A stretch of DNA of 53,522 bases. It comes from Armatimonadota bacterium (GTDB lineage Bacteria; Vulcanimicrobiota; JACPDS01; JBDRKI01). The stretch spans positions 1 to 53,522 of the forward strand of contig JBDRKI010000046.1 of assembly GCA_043814095.1 (NCBI GenBank), in the 5' to 3' direction. Of this stretch, positions 18,134-29,194 are shown piece after piece. The translations under genes and the position numbers were made by a program. The stretch's first letter is position 1. Each line of letters starts with the position of its first letter. Under the pieces are notes generated by a model. The model was given only the letters and a program-made list of their open reading frames with translations, did no database searches and was not told the origin of the DNA.

Positions 18134-20125
18134 TTATTTTGCATTAAGTTTATTGATTCTATCACGGGCGGAATTAATATAATTAATTTCGCCTTTGTAT
18201 TTATTACAGAAGATAATGTAATTCTTAAGAGCTTCTGGTTTATCTCCCTTTAATTCATAAGTTCTGGCCGTATAATAATATATCATATGGTTCTCAGGCT
18301 CTTCTGAGAGTATCTTACCGAAAACGTCCAGCGCCATGTCAAAATTTCCTGTCTTTGCGAAAAACTTGCCAGCGCGTTCAAGAAACTTAATATCCCCGTA
18401 TTTACAAGCCTGAAGATAGCAGTATCCCGCTTTCTTCATATCTGATACGCTTTCATAATACATTCCCATAACATTCCAGTAAAAAGATAAAAGCTCCCTG
18501 ACATAATAATCTTTATATATACTGTCATCATCGAGGTTACGTATATGTATTCTTGATACCGGTATGGTTTCAGGATCTATCTTCTCCCCTTTTTTTACAA
18601 CCCTTAATAAAAGACCGTACGGCTGGAGCCGGTATTTGGAATCTTTGCCCAGATTAAAACTGTAATTGAAATATATGGGGTATTTTGAATAGTTTTCATC
18701 TATAATCCTTCCGAAAACCTCCTGACGCCTTCTCTGTGCCCAGTCTTCGCTTATGCTACCGAACATAAAATCATCCCCGAGGAACCCGCCTGCCACATAT
18801 CCGGAGTCATCATACATCTTTATATCAGTCCGGTATTTTTTAACCTCCTGGAAATAAAGGATGTTAAAAACTATGCCGTCGCCCGCGGCGAATATAACGG
18901 CATCTTCATCCATCATATCCATCGTGCTTTTAACAAAATCATGCACATAATAATTTTTGTGAAGATCGTTTTTATGGAAATTCCATATAAGGGGCATAAG
19001 TATAAGGAGAAGAACAATTATTTTTAAAGCATATACAGTAAATGAATTATTTTTAGTACTCTTTACAATCAGATCCCATAATAAGGTTAAACCGTATGCT
19101 ATATAGCACGCGAAAATAAGGTAGCAAGGCAGGTAAAACACGGACATTATATTTATAATTGAAATGTTGTATGAAAGCTCCTGGATAAAGATAAAAAATG
19201 CGCTGTTAAAAATAAATATTCCCAGCGCAAACGCCCAGAACTTTATATCCTTCCTGCACATATTGATAAAGCCCAGTATCCCGATAACTATTAGCGGTAT
19301 GCCGAACTGCTGTTTTAATTCAGTTAAGAACATCTTGAAAAATTCAAGTTTGCCGGACATTTTTATTAAATTCTCAACCCCTACAAAAGCGTAAGTCTTC
19401 CTCTGTACATGAGCAAGGAACCTTCCCAATGTTTCCGGGTTACCCCAATCAAGCACAGGATTAAACTTAGATGCTATAGGCAGGTATAAATAAGGGAGAA
19501 GCCCTAAAATAAATAACCCTATACAGCCCAGAATAAGCTTTAGATCCTTTAAAACCTGCCACCTTGTCCATATTATGAATATTATGAATAAAGGTCCCGC
19601 TAAAAGCATCGCATGGTGGTTGCATAAACTTAACCCGTAGATAAATGAGAGTATATAAAGGTATTTATTCTTATCGGTTTCACGCCAGAGCTGTAACACA
19701 TAAAGGCATACGGATAAAAAGAATATATTTAACGTGTAGACTTCTGCTATAACACTCAAAGACCAGAGCTTAAAAGAAAAACAGAAAAGCATTGCAGATA
19801 CAAATGCTATCTCTATCTTTTTAGTTAACCTGTATATTAATAAAAATAAAAATAATCCCGTTAATGCCGCCCAGAATCCGGACATGAAATTAACGTTCAT
19901 AGCAACATTACCGAAAGGTATAAAGGTAAATAACTTTCCTAAAATACAGTAAATAGGATACCCCGGAGGATGGATTACTCCCATTGTATAAGCGCCCGTA
20001 ATAAATTCTCCCGTATCTGCCGCGTAAGTTGTCGGACATACAGTAAGAAGATATATAACCAGCGGCAGCAAGAAAGATAAAATCATAAACAGCTTAAAAT
20101 ATTTGCTTTTGTTTTCTTCAATCAT
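18134..20125 (-). CDS. DUF2723/TMEM260-like GT-C glycosyltransferase with C-terminal TPR (paralog 8)
   Basis: PT.Y..DTGEF, HPPGYP, AEVY, NHH, PYLYLP, DWGNP, multiple TM helices, TPR. Confidence 0.88.
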   Translation of the reverse strand: MIEENKSKYFKLFMILSFLLPLVIYLLTVCPTTYAADTGEFITGAYTMGVIHPPGYPIYCILGKLFTFIPFGNVAMNVNFMSGFWAALTGLFLFLLIYRLTKKIEIAFVSAMLFCFSFKLWSLSVIAEVYTLNIFFLSVCLYVLQLWRETDKNKYLYILSFIYGLSLCNHHAMLLAGPLFIIFIIWTRWQVLKDLKLILGCIGLFILGLLPYLYLPIASKFNPVLDWGNPETLGRFLAHVQRKTYAFVGVENLIKMSGKLEFFKMFLTELKQQFGIPLIVIGILGFINMCRKDIKFWAFALGIFIFNSAFFIFIQELSYNISIINIMSVFYLPCYLIFACYIAYGLTLLWDLIVKSTKNNSFTVYALKIIVLLLILMPLIWNFHKNDLHKNYYVHDFVKSTMDMMDEDAVIFAAGDGIVFNILYFQEVKKYRTDIKMYDDSGYVAGGFLGDDFMFGSISEDWAQRRRQEVFGRIIDENYSKYPIYFNYSFNLGKDSKYRLQPYGLLLRVVKKGEKIDPETIPVSRIHIRNLDDDSIYKDYYVRELLSFYWNVMGMYYESVSDMKKAGYCYLQACKYGDIKFLERAGKFFAKTGNFDMALDVFGKILSEEPENHMIYYYTARTYELKGDKPEALKNYIIFCNKYKGEINYINSARDRINKLNAK

Positions 20126-20134
20126 AAATATCTC

Positions 20135-22132
20135 CTACTTTTCCTGTTTTAACTTAAGTATCTTTTCTTTTGCTTTCTCTACATATTTCCGGAATTTCGG
20201 TTCCCCGTCATATTTGCCGCAGAATAAAAGATAATTCTTAAGGGCTTCTTCTCTCTCTTTTTTAAGTTCATACATAATGCCTTTATTGTAATATACGGGG
20301 TAATAATCCGGGTCAAGCAAAAAAGCTTTATCAAAATATTTTAATGCCTTATCAAACTGCCCTGTTTTCATGAAGAATGAACCGGCAGTATTAACTGCCT
20401 TGGCATCATCATATTTATAAATTTCTTCACAGCAGTATTTTGCTTTCTCAAAATCACGTATACTCTCGTAATAAGCAGCCATTCTGACCCAGTAACCGGA
20501 GAGTATCTTCTTTATATCGTAATCTTTATAAATAGCATCATCATCCAGATTGCGCATATATATCTTTTCAACGGGTATAGTTTCCGGATTTATTTTTTCG
20601 TCTTTTTTTACCACTTTATAAATGAGGCCGTAATTATCAAGTTTGTATTCGGAATCAGCTCCTAAATCAAACTCATAATTAAAATATACCGGGCGTACCG
20701 GGTAATTTTCCTCTATTATTTTATTAAATACCTGGCGGGATCTTTCTTCCTGCCAGACTTTTGTACGCCGCCCAAACAAAAAATCCTCACCTAGATATTC
20801 ATCCGACAAAATGCCTATATGATCATATAATTTTATATCGGGCCGGTATTTCTCAACATTCTGGAGATAAAACATAGTAAAGATAGTGGTATCCCCTTTA
20901 GCGAATATAACTGCGTCTTTATCCATAATGTTCATCATGCTTTTAATAAAATCATAGGAATAATAGTTTTTACTCCTATCATTTACATGATAATTACTTA
21001 AGACAGGTATTAATACTATTAATAAAATAGCTGCTTTTAAAATAATTTTTACCGTATTATTTTTATCAATAAATCTGCTCAATAAATCCCATAAATATGA
21101 TAACCCGTACCCTATATAACAGGCGAATACAAGGTAAGCCGGGAAATAATACACATACATCGAAAGCATCCTGGTAACAGTAAACTCATGCTGCTGGGTA
21201 ACTATCAATACAATAGTATTGGAAACAAATATACCCAGAGTGGCGGTAAGAAACTTTATATCCTTAAAAATAAGGCGTATAAACCCTATAATCCCTATGA
21301 TTATAAAAGGCAGCCCGAACTGGAGTTTAAATTCTCCTAAAAAAGCTTTTATAAATTTCCATTTCACATCCATACCGTATCTGCCAAGCCCTACATCACT
21401 GTATTCCTTGCGCATAACATGGTATAAGAAGCGTTTTAAGCTTTCCGGATTCCCCCAGTCTATGGCAGGATTAAACTTAGATGCTATAGGCAGGTATAAA
21501 TAAGGGAGTAACCCTACAACAAATAAACCCAGACACCCTAAAACAAGCTTTAAGTCCTTTAAAACCCGCCATTTTGTCCATATTATGAAAAGCAGCAAGA
21601 AAGGCCCCGCAACAAGCATAAAATGATGGTTGCATAGGCTTAACCCGTAAATAAGAGAAAATATGTAAAGGTATTTATTTTTATCCGTTTCACGCCAGAG
21701 CTGTAACACATAAAGGCATACGGATAAAAAGAAGGCATTTAAAGTATAAACTTCGGCCACAACAGACTGGGACCAGAAAGTCCCGGCAAAACAGAAGAGC
21801 ATTGCAGATGCAAATGAAACTTCAATCTTTTTAGTTAACCTGTATATTAATAAAAATAAAAATAATCCCGTTAATGCCGCCCAGAATCCGGACATGAAAT
21901 TAACTCGCACAGCAATACTGCCAAAAGGTATAAACGTGAACAATTTTCCTAAAATACAGTAAATAGGATAACCCGGCGGATGAACAACCCCTAAAACATA
22001 CGGGCCTGCCGCAAACTCTGCCGTATCCTGTGTATAAGTAACGGGGCAGAGCGTAAAGATATATATAACCAGGGGAAGAAAAAATGACAAAAGGGCGATT
22101 ATTTTAAAATACAGCGATTTTTCTTTATCCAT
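20135..22132 (-). CDS. DUF2723/TMEM260-like GT-C glycosyltransferase with TPR (paralog 7)
   Basis: DTAEF, HPPGYP, AEVY, DWGNP, TPR. Confidence 0.88.
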   Translation of the reverse strand: MDKEKSLYFKIIALLSFFLPLVIYIFTLCPVTYTQDTAEFAAGPYVLGVVHPPGYPIYCILGKLFTFIPFGSIAVRVNFMSGFWAALTGLFLFLLIYRLTKKIEVSFASAMLFCFAGTFWSQSVVAEVYTLNAFFLSVCLYVLQLWRETDKNKYLYIFSLIYGLSLCNHHFMLVAGPFLLLFIIWTKWRVLKDLKLVLGCLGLFVVGLLPYLYLPIASKFNPAIDWGNPESLKRFLYHVMRKEYSDVGLGRYGMDVKWKFIKAFLGEFKLQFGLPFIIIGIIGFIRLIFKDIKFLTATLGIFVSNTIVLIVTQQHEFTVTRMLSMYVYYFPAYLVFACYIGYGLSYLWDLLSRFIDKNNTVKIILKAAILLIVLIPVLSNYHVNDRSKNYYSYDFIKSMMNIMDKDAVIFAKGDTTIFTMFYLQNVEKYRPDIKLYDHIGILSDEYLGEDFLFGRRTKVWQEERSRQVFNKIIEENYPVRPVYFNYEFDLGADSEYKLDNYGLIYKVVKKDEKINPETIPVEKIYMRNLDDDAIYKDYDIKKILSGYWVRMAAYYESIRDFEKAKYCCEEIYKYDDAKAVNTAGSFFMKTGQFDKALKYFDKAFLLDPDYYPVYYNKGIMYELKKEREEALKNYLLFCGKYDGEPKFRKYVEKAKEKILKLKQEK

Positions 22133-23024
22133 TATTTAACTCCGTTTCCAGTTCTTTAATCCTTTTCAAAGCGGCATCCAGATAAACTTTAAGATGCGGA
22201 TCTGAAGCACATTTGTTAAAGAAAATTATATAATTATCAAGAGCTTCTTTTTTATTCCCTTTATAATCATACACAACGGCTTTATTGTAATATGTAAGGT
22301 AGTAATCGGGCTGAATAGATACGGCCTTATCAAGATATTTTAAAGCTGTATCAAACCTGCCTGTTTTTAAAAAAAACATGGCCGCATCATTAATATATTC
22401 AACATTAGCAGAATCATATAATTTCTCATAACAGCCGTCTGCTTTTTTTAAATCATTAACGCTCAGGTAATACCACCCCATCCTGTCCCTGTAAGCTGAT
22501 ATAAGATCCAGGATGTCTTTATCTTTAGTTACTATTCCGGTATCTATATGCATTACAGACCCGGGATCAAACCCCGGTTTAAACTCCCCGCCTTTTTTTA
22601 GTACTTTGTAAATTATCCCGAAAGGCACAAGCTTGTATTCAGAATCTTTATCAAACTGAAAAATATATGTAAAATATACCGGGTATTTACCGTAATTTTC
22701 ATTAACCGATTTATTTATAAGATCCGTACATTCTTTCTCACATAATTTGCCGCATCTGGGATTAAGAATTTTTATATCCTTGCGGTAATTCTCTTTTTTC
22801 TGCAAACTGAGCATATGCTCCGCAACGGGTCCCTTTTCTACAAAAAGAACGGCATCTTTATCCGTTAAATCCATCATGCTTCCGGTATAATCATTTAAAA
22901 AGCTTTTTTTGATCAAATAATCCTTATAATATCCCGTATAGAATATGTAAAATGCGGTTAAAAGAAAACATATTAATAGAAAAAATATTATAAAATAATG
23001 ATTTTTAATATTTTTCCCTATCAC
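22125..23024 (-). CDS. Short paralog: single TM anchor, extracytoplasmic domain and TPR, without the DUF2723 membrane domain (paralog 6)
   Basis: Aligns to the C-terminal half of its neighbours (MMDL.DKDAV.F, ENYRKDIK, ENYGKYPVYF, YKLVPFG, TPR); no HPPGYP. Confidence 0.8.
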   Translation of the reverse strand: MIGKNIKNHYFIIFFLLICFLLTAFYIFYTGYYKDYLIKKSFLNDYTGSMMDLTDKDAVLFVEKGPVAEHMLSLQKKENYRKDIKILNPRCGKLCEKECTDLINKSVNENYGKYPVYFTYIFQFDKDSEYKLVPFGIIYKVLKKGGEFKPGFDPGSVMHIDTGIVTKDKDILDLISAYRDRMGWYYLSVNDLKKADGCYEKLYDSANVEYINDAAMFFLKTGRFDTALKYLDKAVSIQPDYYLTYYNKAVVYDYKGNKKEALDNYIIFFNKCASDPHLKVYLDAALKRIKELETELNNG

Positions 23025-23035
23025 GACAGCTCCCC

Positions 23036-25075
23036 TTATTTAAAATCTTTTATCCCCAGATCCTTTTTCAATATTTTTATTCTTTTCTCCGCAAATTTAG
23101 TAGATTTTGTATAAAGAAGCTCCCCTTCGGTTTTAGTTAAAAAAGTAATATAATTTTTCAGTGCTTCTTTTTTATTGTCCGTAATATCATAACCTATTGC
23201 CATATTGTAATATGAAAGCGGATAATCAGGATCAAGCCGGATTGATTTATTAAAACATTTGAATGCCATATCAAAATCGCCTATCTTAAGGAAAAATCCG
23301 CCCGCGTTCGCCAGGGCATTTGCCCCTTTATATTTATAAACCTCATCATAACATTCCCTTGTTTTTTCAATATTTCCCTGATTAGCGTAATATATAGCCA
23401 GCATATCCCAGTAACTTGAAAGTATTTTCTCAATATCAAAATCTTTATATACCCCATCCCCTAAGTTGTGCAATTTAATCTTACTCAAAGGATCAAAAGA
23501 AGGTTCAATTTTATCTCCTTTCTTCTGAACCCTGAATATAAGGCCGAACGGCACAAGTTCATATTTTGAATCAGGCCCCAGATAAAAATCATAAAGAAAA
23601 TATATGGGACGTTTGCCGTAGTTCTCGTCTATTATTTCTGTATAAACCTTTCTCCTTACATTTTCGCGCTCTTCCTTTGTAAAAGTGCCGAATAAAAAGT
23701 CCTCGCCTAAATACTCATCTGAAAGAGCCCCTATAAATTCATACATCTTGACATCTTTCCTATATTCTTCAACCTGCTGCATATACAATATACCAAAAGC
23801 AAGATGGTCTCCCTTAACAAAGACAATCGCGTCACGCTCCAGAAGATCCATATGACTTTTCAGGAAATCATACACATAATAATTCCTGCTCAAATCATTT
23901 TTATAATAATTAACGCCTATCTGCATAACCGCTAAAAGTAAAATTGCTATTGTAAGCACCCATTTCCATAAAGAAGAATTTTTAAAGAATTTTAAAGATA
24001 TGTCCCATAAATAAGAGAGGCCGTATCCTATATAGCACGCAAAAATAAGGTAGCACGGAAAATAATACACTGACATAACCTCAGCGCGCATTATGCTGTA
24101 AGGGTGTTCCTGTATGATGATAAGAAATATACTGTTAAAAATAAATATGCCTAATAAGAGCACCGCGTATTTTACATCTTTTATAAAAGAGCGTAAAGAA
24201 CCTATAACTCCTATAACTACTACTGGTATCCAGAACTGTTCTTTTAACTGGATTAAAAATTGCTTTATAAACTGCAATTTTACATCTATCCCGTACCTCC
24301 CTATATCCACATCATTATACATCCTGCGCTGGATATGCAGCATAAACCGCTTAAATGTTTCAGGATTACCCCAGTCAAGGGCAGGGTTAAACTTTGAAGC
24401 AATAGGCAGGTATAAATAAGGCAGTAACCCTACTATAAATAAGCCTACACACCCCAGAACAAGCTTTAAATCCTTTAAAACCCGCCATTTTGTCCATATT
24501 ATGAATATTAAAAAGAAAGGACCTGCTAAAGTCATAAAATGGTGGTTTGTTAAGCTTAGACCGTACATAAACGAGAAAATATAAAGATATTTATTTTTAT
24601 CGGTATCACGCCAGAGACAGAGAAGATAAAGACATACAGATAAAAAGAATATATTTAATGTATATACCTCAGCTACAACAGACTGAGACCATAAATCAGG
24701 AGAAAAACAGAAAAGCATTGCCGAGACAAATGAAATTTCTGTCTTTCTTGTAATCCTGTAAATTAATAGAAATAAAAATAATCCTGCTAATGCCGCCCAG
24801 AAACCTGACATGAAGTTAATACGCCATGCAATACTCCCCAGAGGGATATAACTGAAAACCTTCCCTACTATACTGTATAAAGGATACCCCGGAGGATGAA
24901 GCACCCCGCATGTATATGCGCCTGCAATAAACTCACCGTTGTCTTCGGTATAAAGTGTCGGACATGTTGTAAGAGCGTATATTATAAGCGGAAGAATAAA
25001 CGAGAAACACGCCGTTATTATAAAATAAATACTGCTCTTTTCTTTTCCTGTTTTTTCTAATTTTATTTCTTCCAT
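23036..25075 (-). CDS. DUF2723/TMEM260-like GT-C glycosyltransferase with TPR (paralog 5)
   Basis: EDNGEF, HPPGYP, AEVY, DWGNP, TPR. Confidence 0.88.
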   Translation of the reverse strand: MEEIKLEKTGKEKSSIYFIITACFSFILPLIIYALTTCPTLYTEDNGEFIAGAYTCGVLHPPGYPLYSIVGKVFSYIPLGSIAWRINFMSGFWAALAGLFLFLLIYRITRKTEISFVSAMLFCFSPDLWSQSVVAEVYTLNIFFLSVCLYLLCLWRDTDKNKYLYIFSFMYGLSLTNHHFMTLAGPFFLIFIIWTKWRVLKDLKLVLGCVGLFIVGLLPYLYLPIASKFNPALDWGNPETFKRFMLHIQRRMYNDVDIGRYGIDVKLQFIKQFLIQLKEQFWIPVVVIGVIGSLRSFIKDVKYAVLLLGIFIFNSIFLIIIQEHPYSIMRAEVMSVYYFPCYLIFACYIGYGLSYLWDISLKFFKNSSLWKWVLTIAILLLAVMQIGVNYYKNDLSRNYYVYDFLKSHMDLLERDAIVFVKGDHLAFGILYMQQVEEYRKDVKMYEFIGALSDEYLGEDFLFGTFTKEERENVRRKVYTEIIDENYGKRPIYFLYDFYLGPDSKYELVPFGLIFRVQKKGDKIEPSFDPLSKIKLHNLGDGVYKDFDIEKILSSYWDMLAIYYANQGNIEKTRECYDEVYKYKGANALANAGGFFLKIGDFDMAFKCFNKSIRLDPDYPLSYYNMAIGYDITDNKKEALKNYITFLTKTEGELLYTKSTKFAEKRIKILKKDLGIKDFK

Positions 25076-25084
25076 AAAGTTCTC

Positions 25085-27148
25085 CTAATAGGATTGTTTA
25101 TTAATATGTTCTCTTAACTGCGGTATTCTTTTTGCCACCCATTCTATGTATTCAACATTATAAGGTATGCCCGACTTGCTTTTATTGCAATTAGCGGCAA
25201 ATTTAAGATAATTCACAAGGGCATCTTTTGCTTCCCCTTTATAATCATGATAAATGCCCAGATTGTAATATATAAGGTAATGCCCGGGATCTATAGACCG
25301 GGCTTTATCAAGACAGTTGAAAGATTTATCAAACTCCTTTATATTTAAAAAGAAGGCTCCCGCGTTATTTAAAAAGAAGGGGTTATCGTATTTATAAAGC
25401 TCAGAATAATAAAGAGCCGCGTTTTCCATATCCGAAACACTTACATAATAACGGGCCATCCTGTCCAGAAAAGCAGATAAGAGCTGGCGCACATAATAAT
25501 CTTTGTATATCTTATCATTAAAAAGATTGCGGACATGTATCTTTTCAATAGGCACTGTTTTAGGATCTACGGGCTCGTCTCTCCTTACCGCTTTAAATAC
25601 AGGTCCGTAATAATCAAGGAGATATTTTGAATCTGCACTGAAGTAAAAAGGATCAGTAAAATACATTGAACGCCCCGGATAACCTTCATCCATCATCCTT
25701 GTATAGACTTCCCGCTGGCGTTCAGTAAGCTTTTTCTCTGTTGTAGGGTTAAATATTATATCCTCCCCCAGATACCCGTATGATACATAACCCACACCGT
25801 CAAACATTTTTACATCTTTTCTGTACCCTTCAACTTCCTGGAGGTACAGTATATTAAAAATAGGGTTGTCCCCCTGGGCTATCACATAAGAATCTTTATC
25901 CATTACGGCTAAAGAGCTTTTAGTAATATCATAAATATAGTAATTATTGCTTAAGTCGTTTTTATGGTAGTTAAACAAAATCTGTGTAAGGACAAGAAGA
26001 AGTATAAAAACGGTAAAAACGGGTTTTACAAAACGGTATCGTACTTCTTTATCCTTAAGAATATCCCATATAAATAAAAGGCCGGAACCTATATAACAGG
26101 TAAATACCAGGTAACAGGGCAGGTAAAAAACAGCCATGACTTCCGCTATCTCCCTGCTGAATACCCTTTGCTGGAGTACGGGGAATATGGCTCCTGTGGA
26201 TATGAAAATTATAAATAGAAGAGTTGAGAACTTAAAATTTTTCTTAAAAAGATTCCATAACCCCGCAAACCCTATAATTATCGATAAAATACCGAACTGT
26301 CCCGCAAACTGGGATAAAAACGCTTTCATATACTCCCATTTCTCGGCAAACCCGTGAGGCCCCAGCCCCAGCGGGGCATAAGTTTTACGCTGGATATGCA
26401 AAAGAAAAGATTTCAGTGTCTCGGGATTGCCCCAGTCCAGTACGGGGTTAAACTTAGACGCTATGGGTATGTACAGATAAGGGAGAAGCCCCGCTATAAA
26501 AAGACCTATAGCCCCGAAAACAAGACCCGGCCTTTTAAGCAGTTTCCAGTCATTCCAGAGAACAAACAAGATAAAGAATAACCCCGCCACAAACATAAAA
26601 TGATGGTTGGTTATGCTCAAGCCGTAAACAAATGAAAGTATGTAAATGTATTTATCTTCTCTTTTTTCCTGCCACAGGTGAAGAAGATAAAGGCATCCCG
26701 CAAGGAAAAGCATATTCAAGGAATAAACTTCCGCGGCAACGCACTGCGACCAGAAAAGCGGCGAGAAAGAAAAGAGCATGGCAGACCCGAAAGAGATAAC
26801 TTCATTACGGGTAATCCTGTATATAAGGAGAAAGAGTATAAAAGCGGCAGCAGCGCCGAAAACAGCCGTCATGAAATTAACCCGCCAGGCAATGCCACCC
26901 AAAGGAATATATGTAAAGATCTTCCCTATCATGCAGTAAAGAGGGTACCCCGGAGGGTGTGTAACTCCTAATGTATAAGCTGCTGTTATAAATTCCCCTG
27001 AATCTTCAACATAGCTTGTAGGGCATAAAGTAAATACATAAAGTATAAGCGGGAGCAGAAATGATAATGCCGCTAATATTTTAAAATATATACTTTTTTT
27101 TTCTTTTCCTGTTTCTTCCGTAGCTTTATCCGATTTTACTTCTTCCAT
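25085..27148 (-). CDS. DUF2723/TMEM260-like GT-C glycosyltransferase with TPR (paralog 4)
   Basis: EDSGEF, HPPGYP, AEVY, DWGNP, TPR. Confidence 0.88.
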   Translation of the reverse strand: MEEVKSDKATEETGKEKKSIYFKILAALSFLLPLILYVFTLCPTSYVEDSGEFITAAYTLGVTHPPGYPLYCMIGKIFTYIPLGGIAWRVNFMTAVFGAAAAFILFLLIYRITRNEVISFGSAMLFSFSPLFWSQCVAAEVYSLNMLFLAGCLYLLHLWQEKREDKYIYILSFVYGLSITNHHFMFVAGLFFILFVLWNDWKLLKRPGLVFGAIGLFIAGLLPYLYIPIASKFNPVLDWGNPETLKSFLLHIQRKTYAPLGLGPHGFAEKWEYMKAFLSQFAGQFGILSIIIGFAGLWNLFKKNFKFSTLLFIIFISTGAIFPVLQQRVFSREIAEVMAVFYLPCYLVFTCYIGSGLLFIWDILKDKEVRYRFVKPVFTVFILLLVLTQILFNYHKNDLSNNYYIYDITKSSLAVMDKDSYVIAQGDNPIFNILYLQEVEGYRKDVKMFDGVGYVSYGYLGEDIIFNPTTEKKLTERQREVYTRMMDEGYPGRSMYFTDPFYFSADSKYLLDYYGPVFKAVRRDEPVDPKTVPIEKIHVRNLFNDKIYKDYYVRQLLSAFLDRMARYYVSVSDMENAALYYSELYKYDNPFFLNNAGAFFLNIKEFDKSFNCLDKARSIDPGHYLIYYNLGIYHDYKGEAKDALVNYLKFAANCNKSKSGIPYNVEYIEWVAKRIPQLREHINKQSY

Positions 27149-27163
27149 AAAATTCTCCAGACT

Positions 27164-29185
27164 TTAGTTTTTTATATTAAGCTCTTTTTTAATCTCATTA
27201 ATTCTTTTTCTTGCGCTTTGTTTATTATCATCATCAAAAGGATAATTGGCATAAAAATAAGCATAATTTTTCAAAGCCTCTTTTTTCTCGCCTGCTATAT
27301 CATAAAGAAAACCTTTATGGTAGTATGCAAGGTAATAATCCGGTTCAATACTAACAGCTCTATTAAGATATTTTAATGCGGTATTTAAGTCCCCTGCATT
27401 TATAAAAAATATTGCCGCATTATCAAGTATACCGGGCCTTGAGTATTTATAGACTCTTTCATAACAGTATTTTGCCTGTTTAAGATCAGATACACTCACA
27501 TAATAATGGCCCATCATATCCCAGAAAACACTCATCATATCTTCAATATTGGCATCTTCATAAATATTATCATTTATATTGCGCAGGTAGATTTTATCTA
27601 CGGGTATGGTTTTAGGATCTAAGCTCTCCCCTTTTTTTACGGCCTTATAAATTATCCCGTAATTAGCAAAATAATAATCAGAATCCTGACCCAGATCAAA
27701 AACATAATTTATATACACGGGTTTTCTGCCGTAGTTTTCGGCTATTATCTGGGTATAAACTTTTCTTCTTCTTTCTTCCAGCTCAGAAGGCGTCATTTTC
27801 CCGTAAAGAAAATCCTTCCCGAGGTATTCACCGGACAAAGTTCCCACATGATCATACATTTTTATATCAGGCCGGTAGTTCTCAACCTGCTGGAAGTAAA
27901 GTATGCCGAATATCACATAATCCACCCTTGCGATAATAATACCGTCTTCATCTACCATATCCATGGTGCTTTTCACGAAATCATGGACATAATAATTCTT
28001 GCTTAAGTCATTTTTGTAATAATTGCTTATTACGGGAATCAGTACCAGTAAGACTACAATAGCTTTAAAGCATATTTTAAATAAACGGTTATCCCTGCTG
28101 AATCTTACAACCAGCTCATATAAATAAGAGAGGCCGTATCCTATATAACAGGCAAATACAAGGTAACAGGGGATATAAAATATGGAAAAAACATCTGCAC
28201 GTATTGTAGTATACTGGGATTGATTAATAAAAATAAACAAAAAACTGTTAAAAATAAAGATAATAAACAGTAAAACCCAGATTTTTATATTCCTTTTTAA
28301 AAGATATAAAAAACCACCAAACCCGATAATCAATAATAAAGCATTAAACTGACCTGACAGCTCCGCAAAAAACGATTTTACAAAATCCAGCTTTGTATCC
28401 CATCCGATATACTTAAAATACTCAAATCCCAACGGAGCATACATTTTACGGGTAATATGGTTAACTATTCCCGAGATTGTTTCGGGATTTCCCCAGTCCA
28501 TTACCGGATTAAATTTTGAAGCTATAGGCAGATAAAGATACGGAGTTAAGCCCAATATAAAAAGAGCGGTACAGCCGGTTAAAAATCCCAGCCTTTTAAG
28601 AAGCTTCCAGTCACACCATAATACAAAAAGAATAAAAACAGGGATGGACATAAGCATTGTGTGATGATTAGTTAAGCTAAGCCCGCACAATAACGAAAGC
28701 AGGTAAAGATATTTATCTTTTCTGTTCTCATTCCATATTTGAAGAAGATAAAGACAGACAGATAAAAAGAATATGTTTAAGGTATACACCTCTGCCATAA
28801 CCGACTGGGACCAGAATGTATAGCTGAAACAGAAAAGCATGGTTGAAGCAAATGAAACTTCAATTTTTCTTGTAAGCCGGAAAATAAGCAAAAAGAGGAA
28901 AAAAGCAGCCAGTGCCGCCCAGAAAGCAGACATAAAATTAACACGCCATGCAATATTTCCCACAGGGATAAAGGTAAAAACCTTACCTAAAATGCAGTAA
29001 ATAGGATATCCGGGCGGGTGCAGTATGCCTAACTTATCGGCGCATGTGATAAATTCAGCGCAGTCTTCGGCGTAAATCGTGGGGCATAAGGTCAGGGTAT
29101 ATATTATTAAAGGTATAAGGAATGATAAAAAAGCAACTGCTTTAAAATAAATACCCTTATTTATCTCTTTATTATTTTCCACCAT
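27164..29185 (-). CDS. DUF2723/TMEM260-like GT-C glycosyltransferase with TPR (paralog 3)
   Basis: EDCAEF, HPPGYP, AEVY, DWGNP, TPR. Confidence 0.88.
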   Translation of the reverse strand: MVENNKEINKGIYFKAVAFLSFLIPLIIYTLTLCPTIYAEDCAEFITCADKLGILHPPGYPIYCILGKVFTFIPVGNIAWRVNFMSAFWAALAAFFLFLLIFRLTRKIEVSFASTMLFCFSYTFWSQSVMAEVYTLNIFFLSVCLYLLQIWNENRKDKYLYLLSLLCGLSLTNHHTMLMSIPVFILFVLWCDWKLLKRLGFLTGCTALFILGLTPYLYLPIASKFNPVMDWGNPETISGIVNHITRKMYAPLGFEYFKYIGWDTKLDFVKSFFAELSGQFNALLLIIGFGGFLYLLKRNIKIWVLLFIIFIFNSFLFIFINQSQYTTIRADVFSIFYIPCYLVFACYIGYGLSYLYELVVRFSRDNRLFKICFKAIVVLLVLIPVISNYYKNDLSKNYYVHDFVKSTMDMVDEDGIIIARVDYVIFGILYFQQVENYRPDIKMYDHVGTLSGEYLGKDFLYGKMTPSELEERRRKVYTQIIAENYGRKPVYINYVFDLGQDSDYYFANYGIIYKAVKKGESLDPKTIPVDKIYLRNINDNIYEDANIEDMMSVFWDMMGHYYVSVSDLKQAKYCYERVYKYSRPGILDNAAIFFINAGDLNTALKYLNRAVSIEPDYYLAYYHKGFLYDIAGEKKEALKNYAYFYANYPFDDDNKQSARKRINEIKKELNIKN

Positions 29186-29194
29186 ATAACACCC

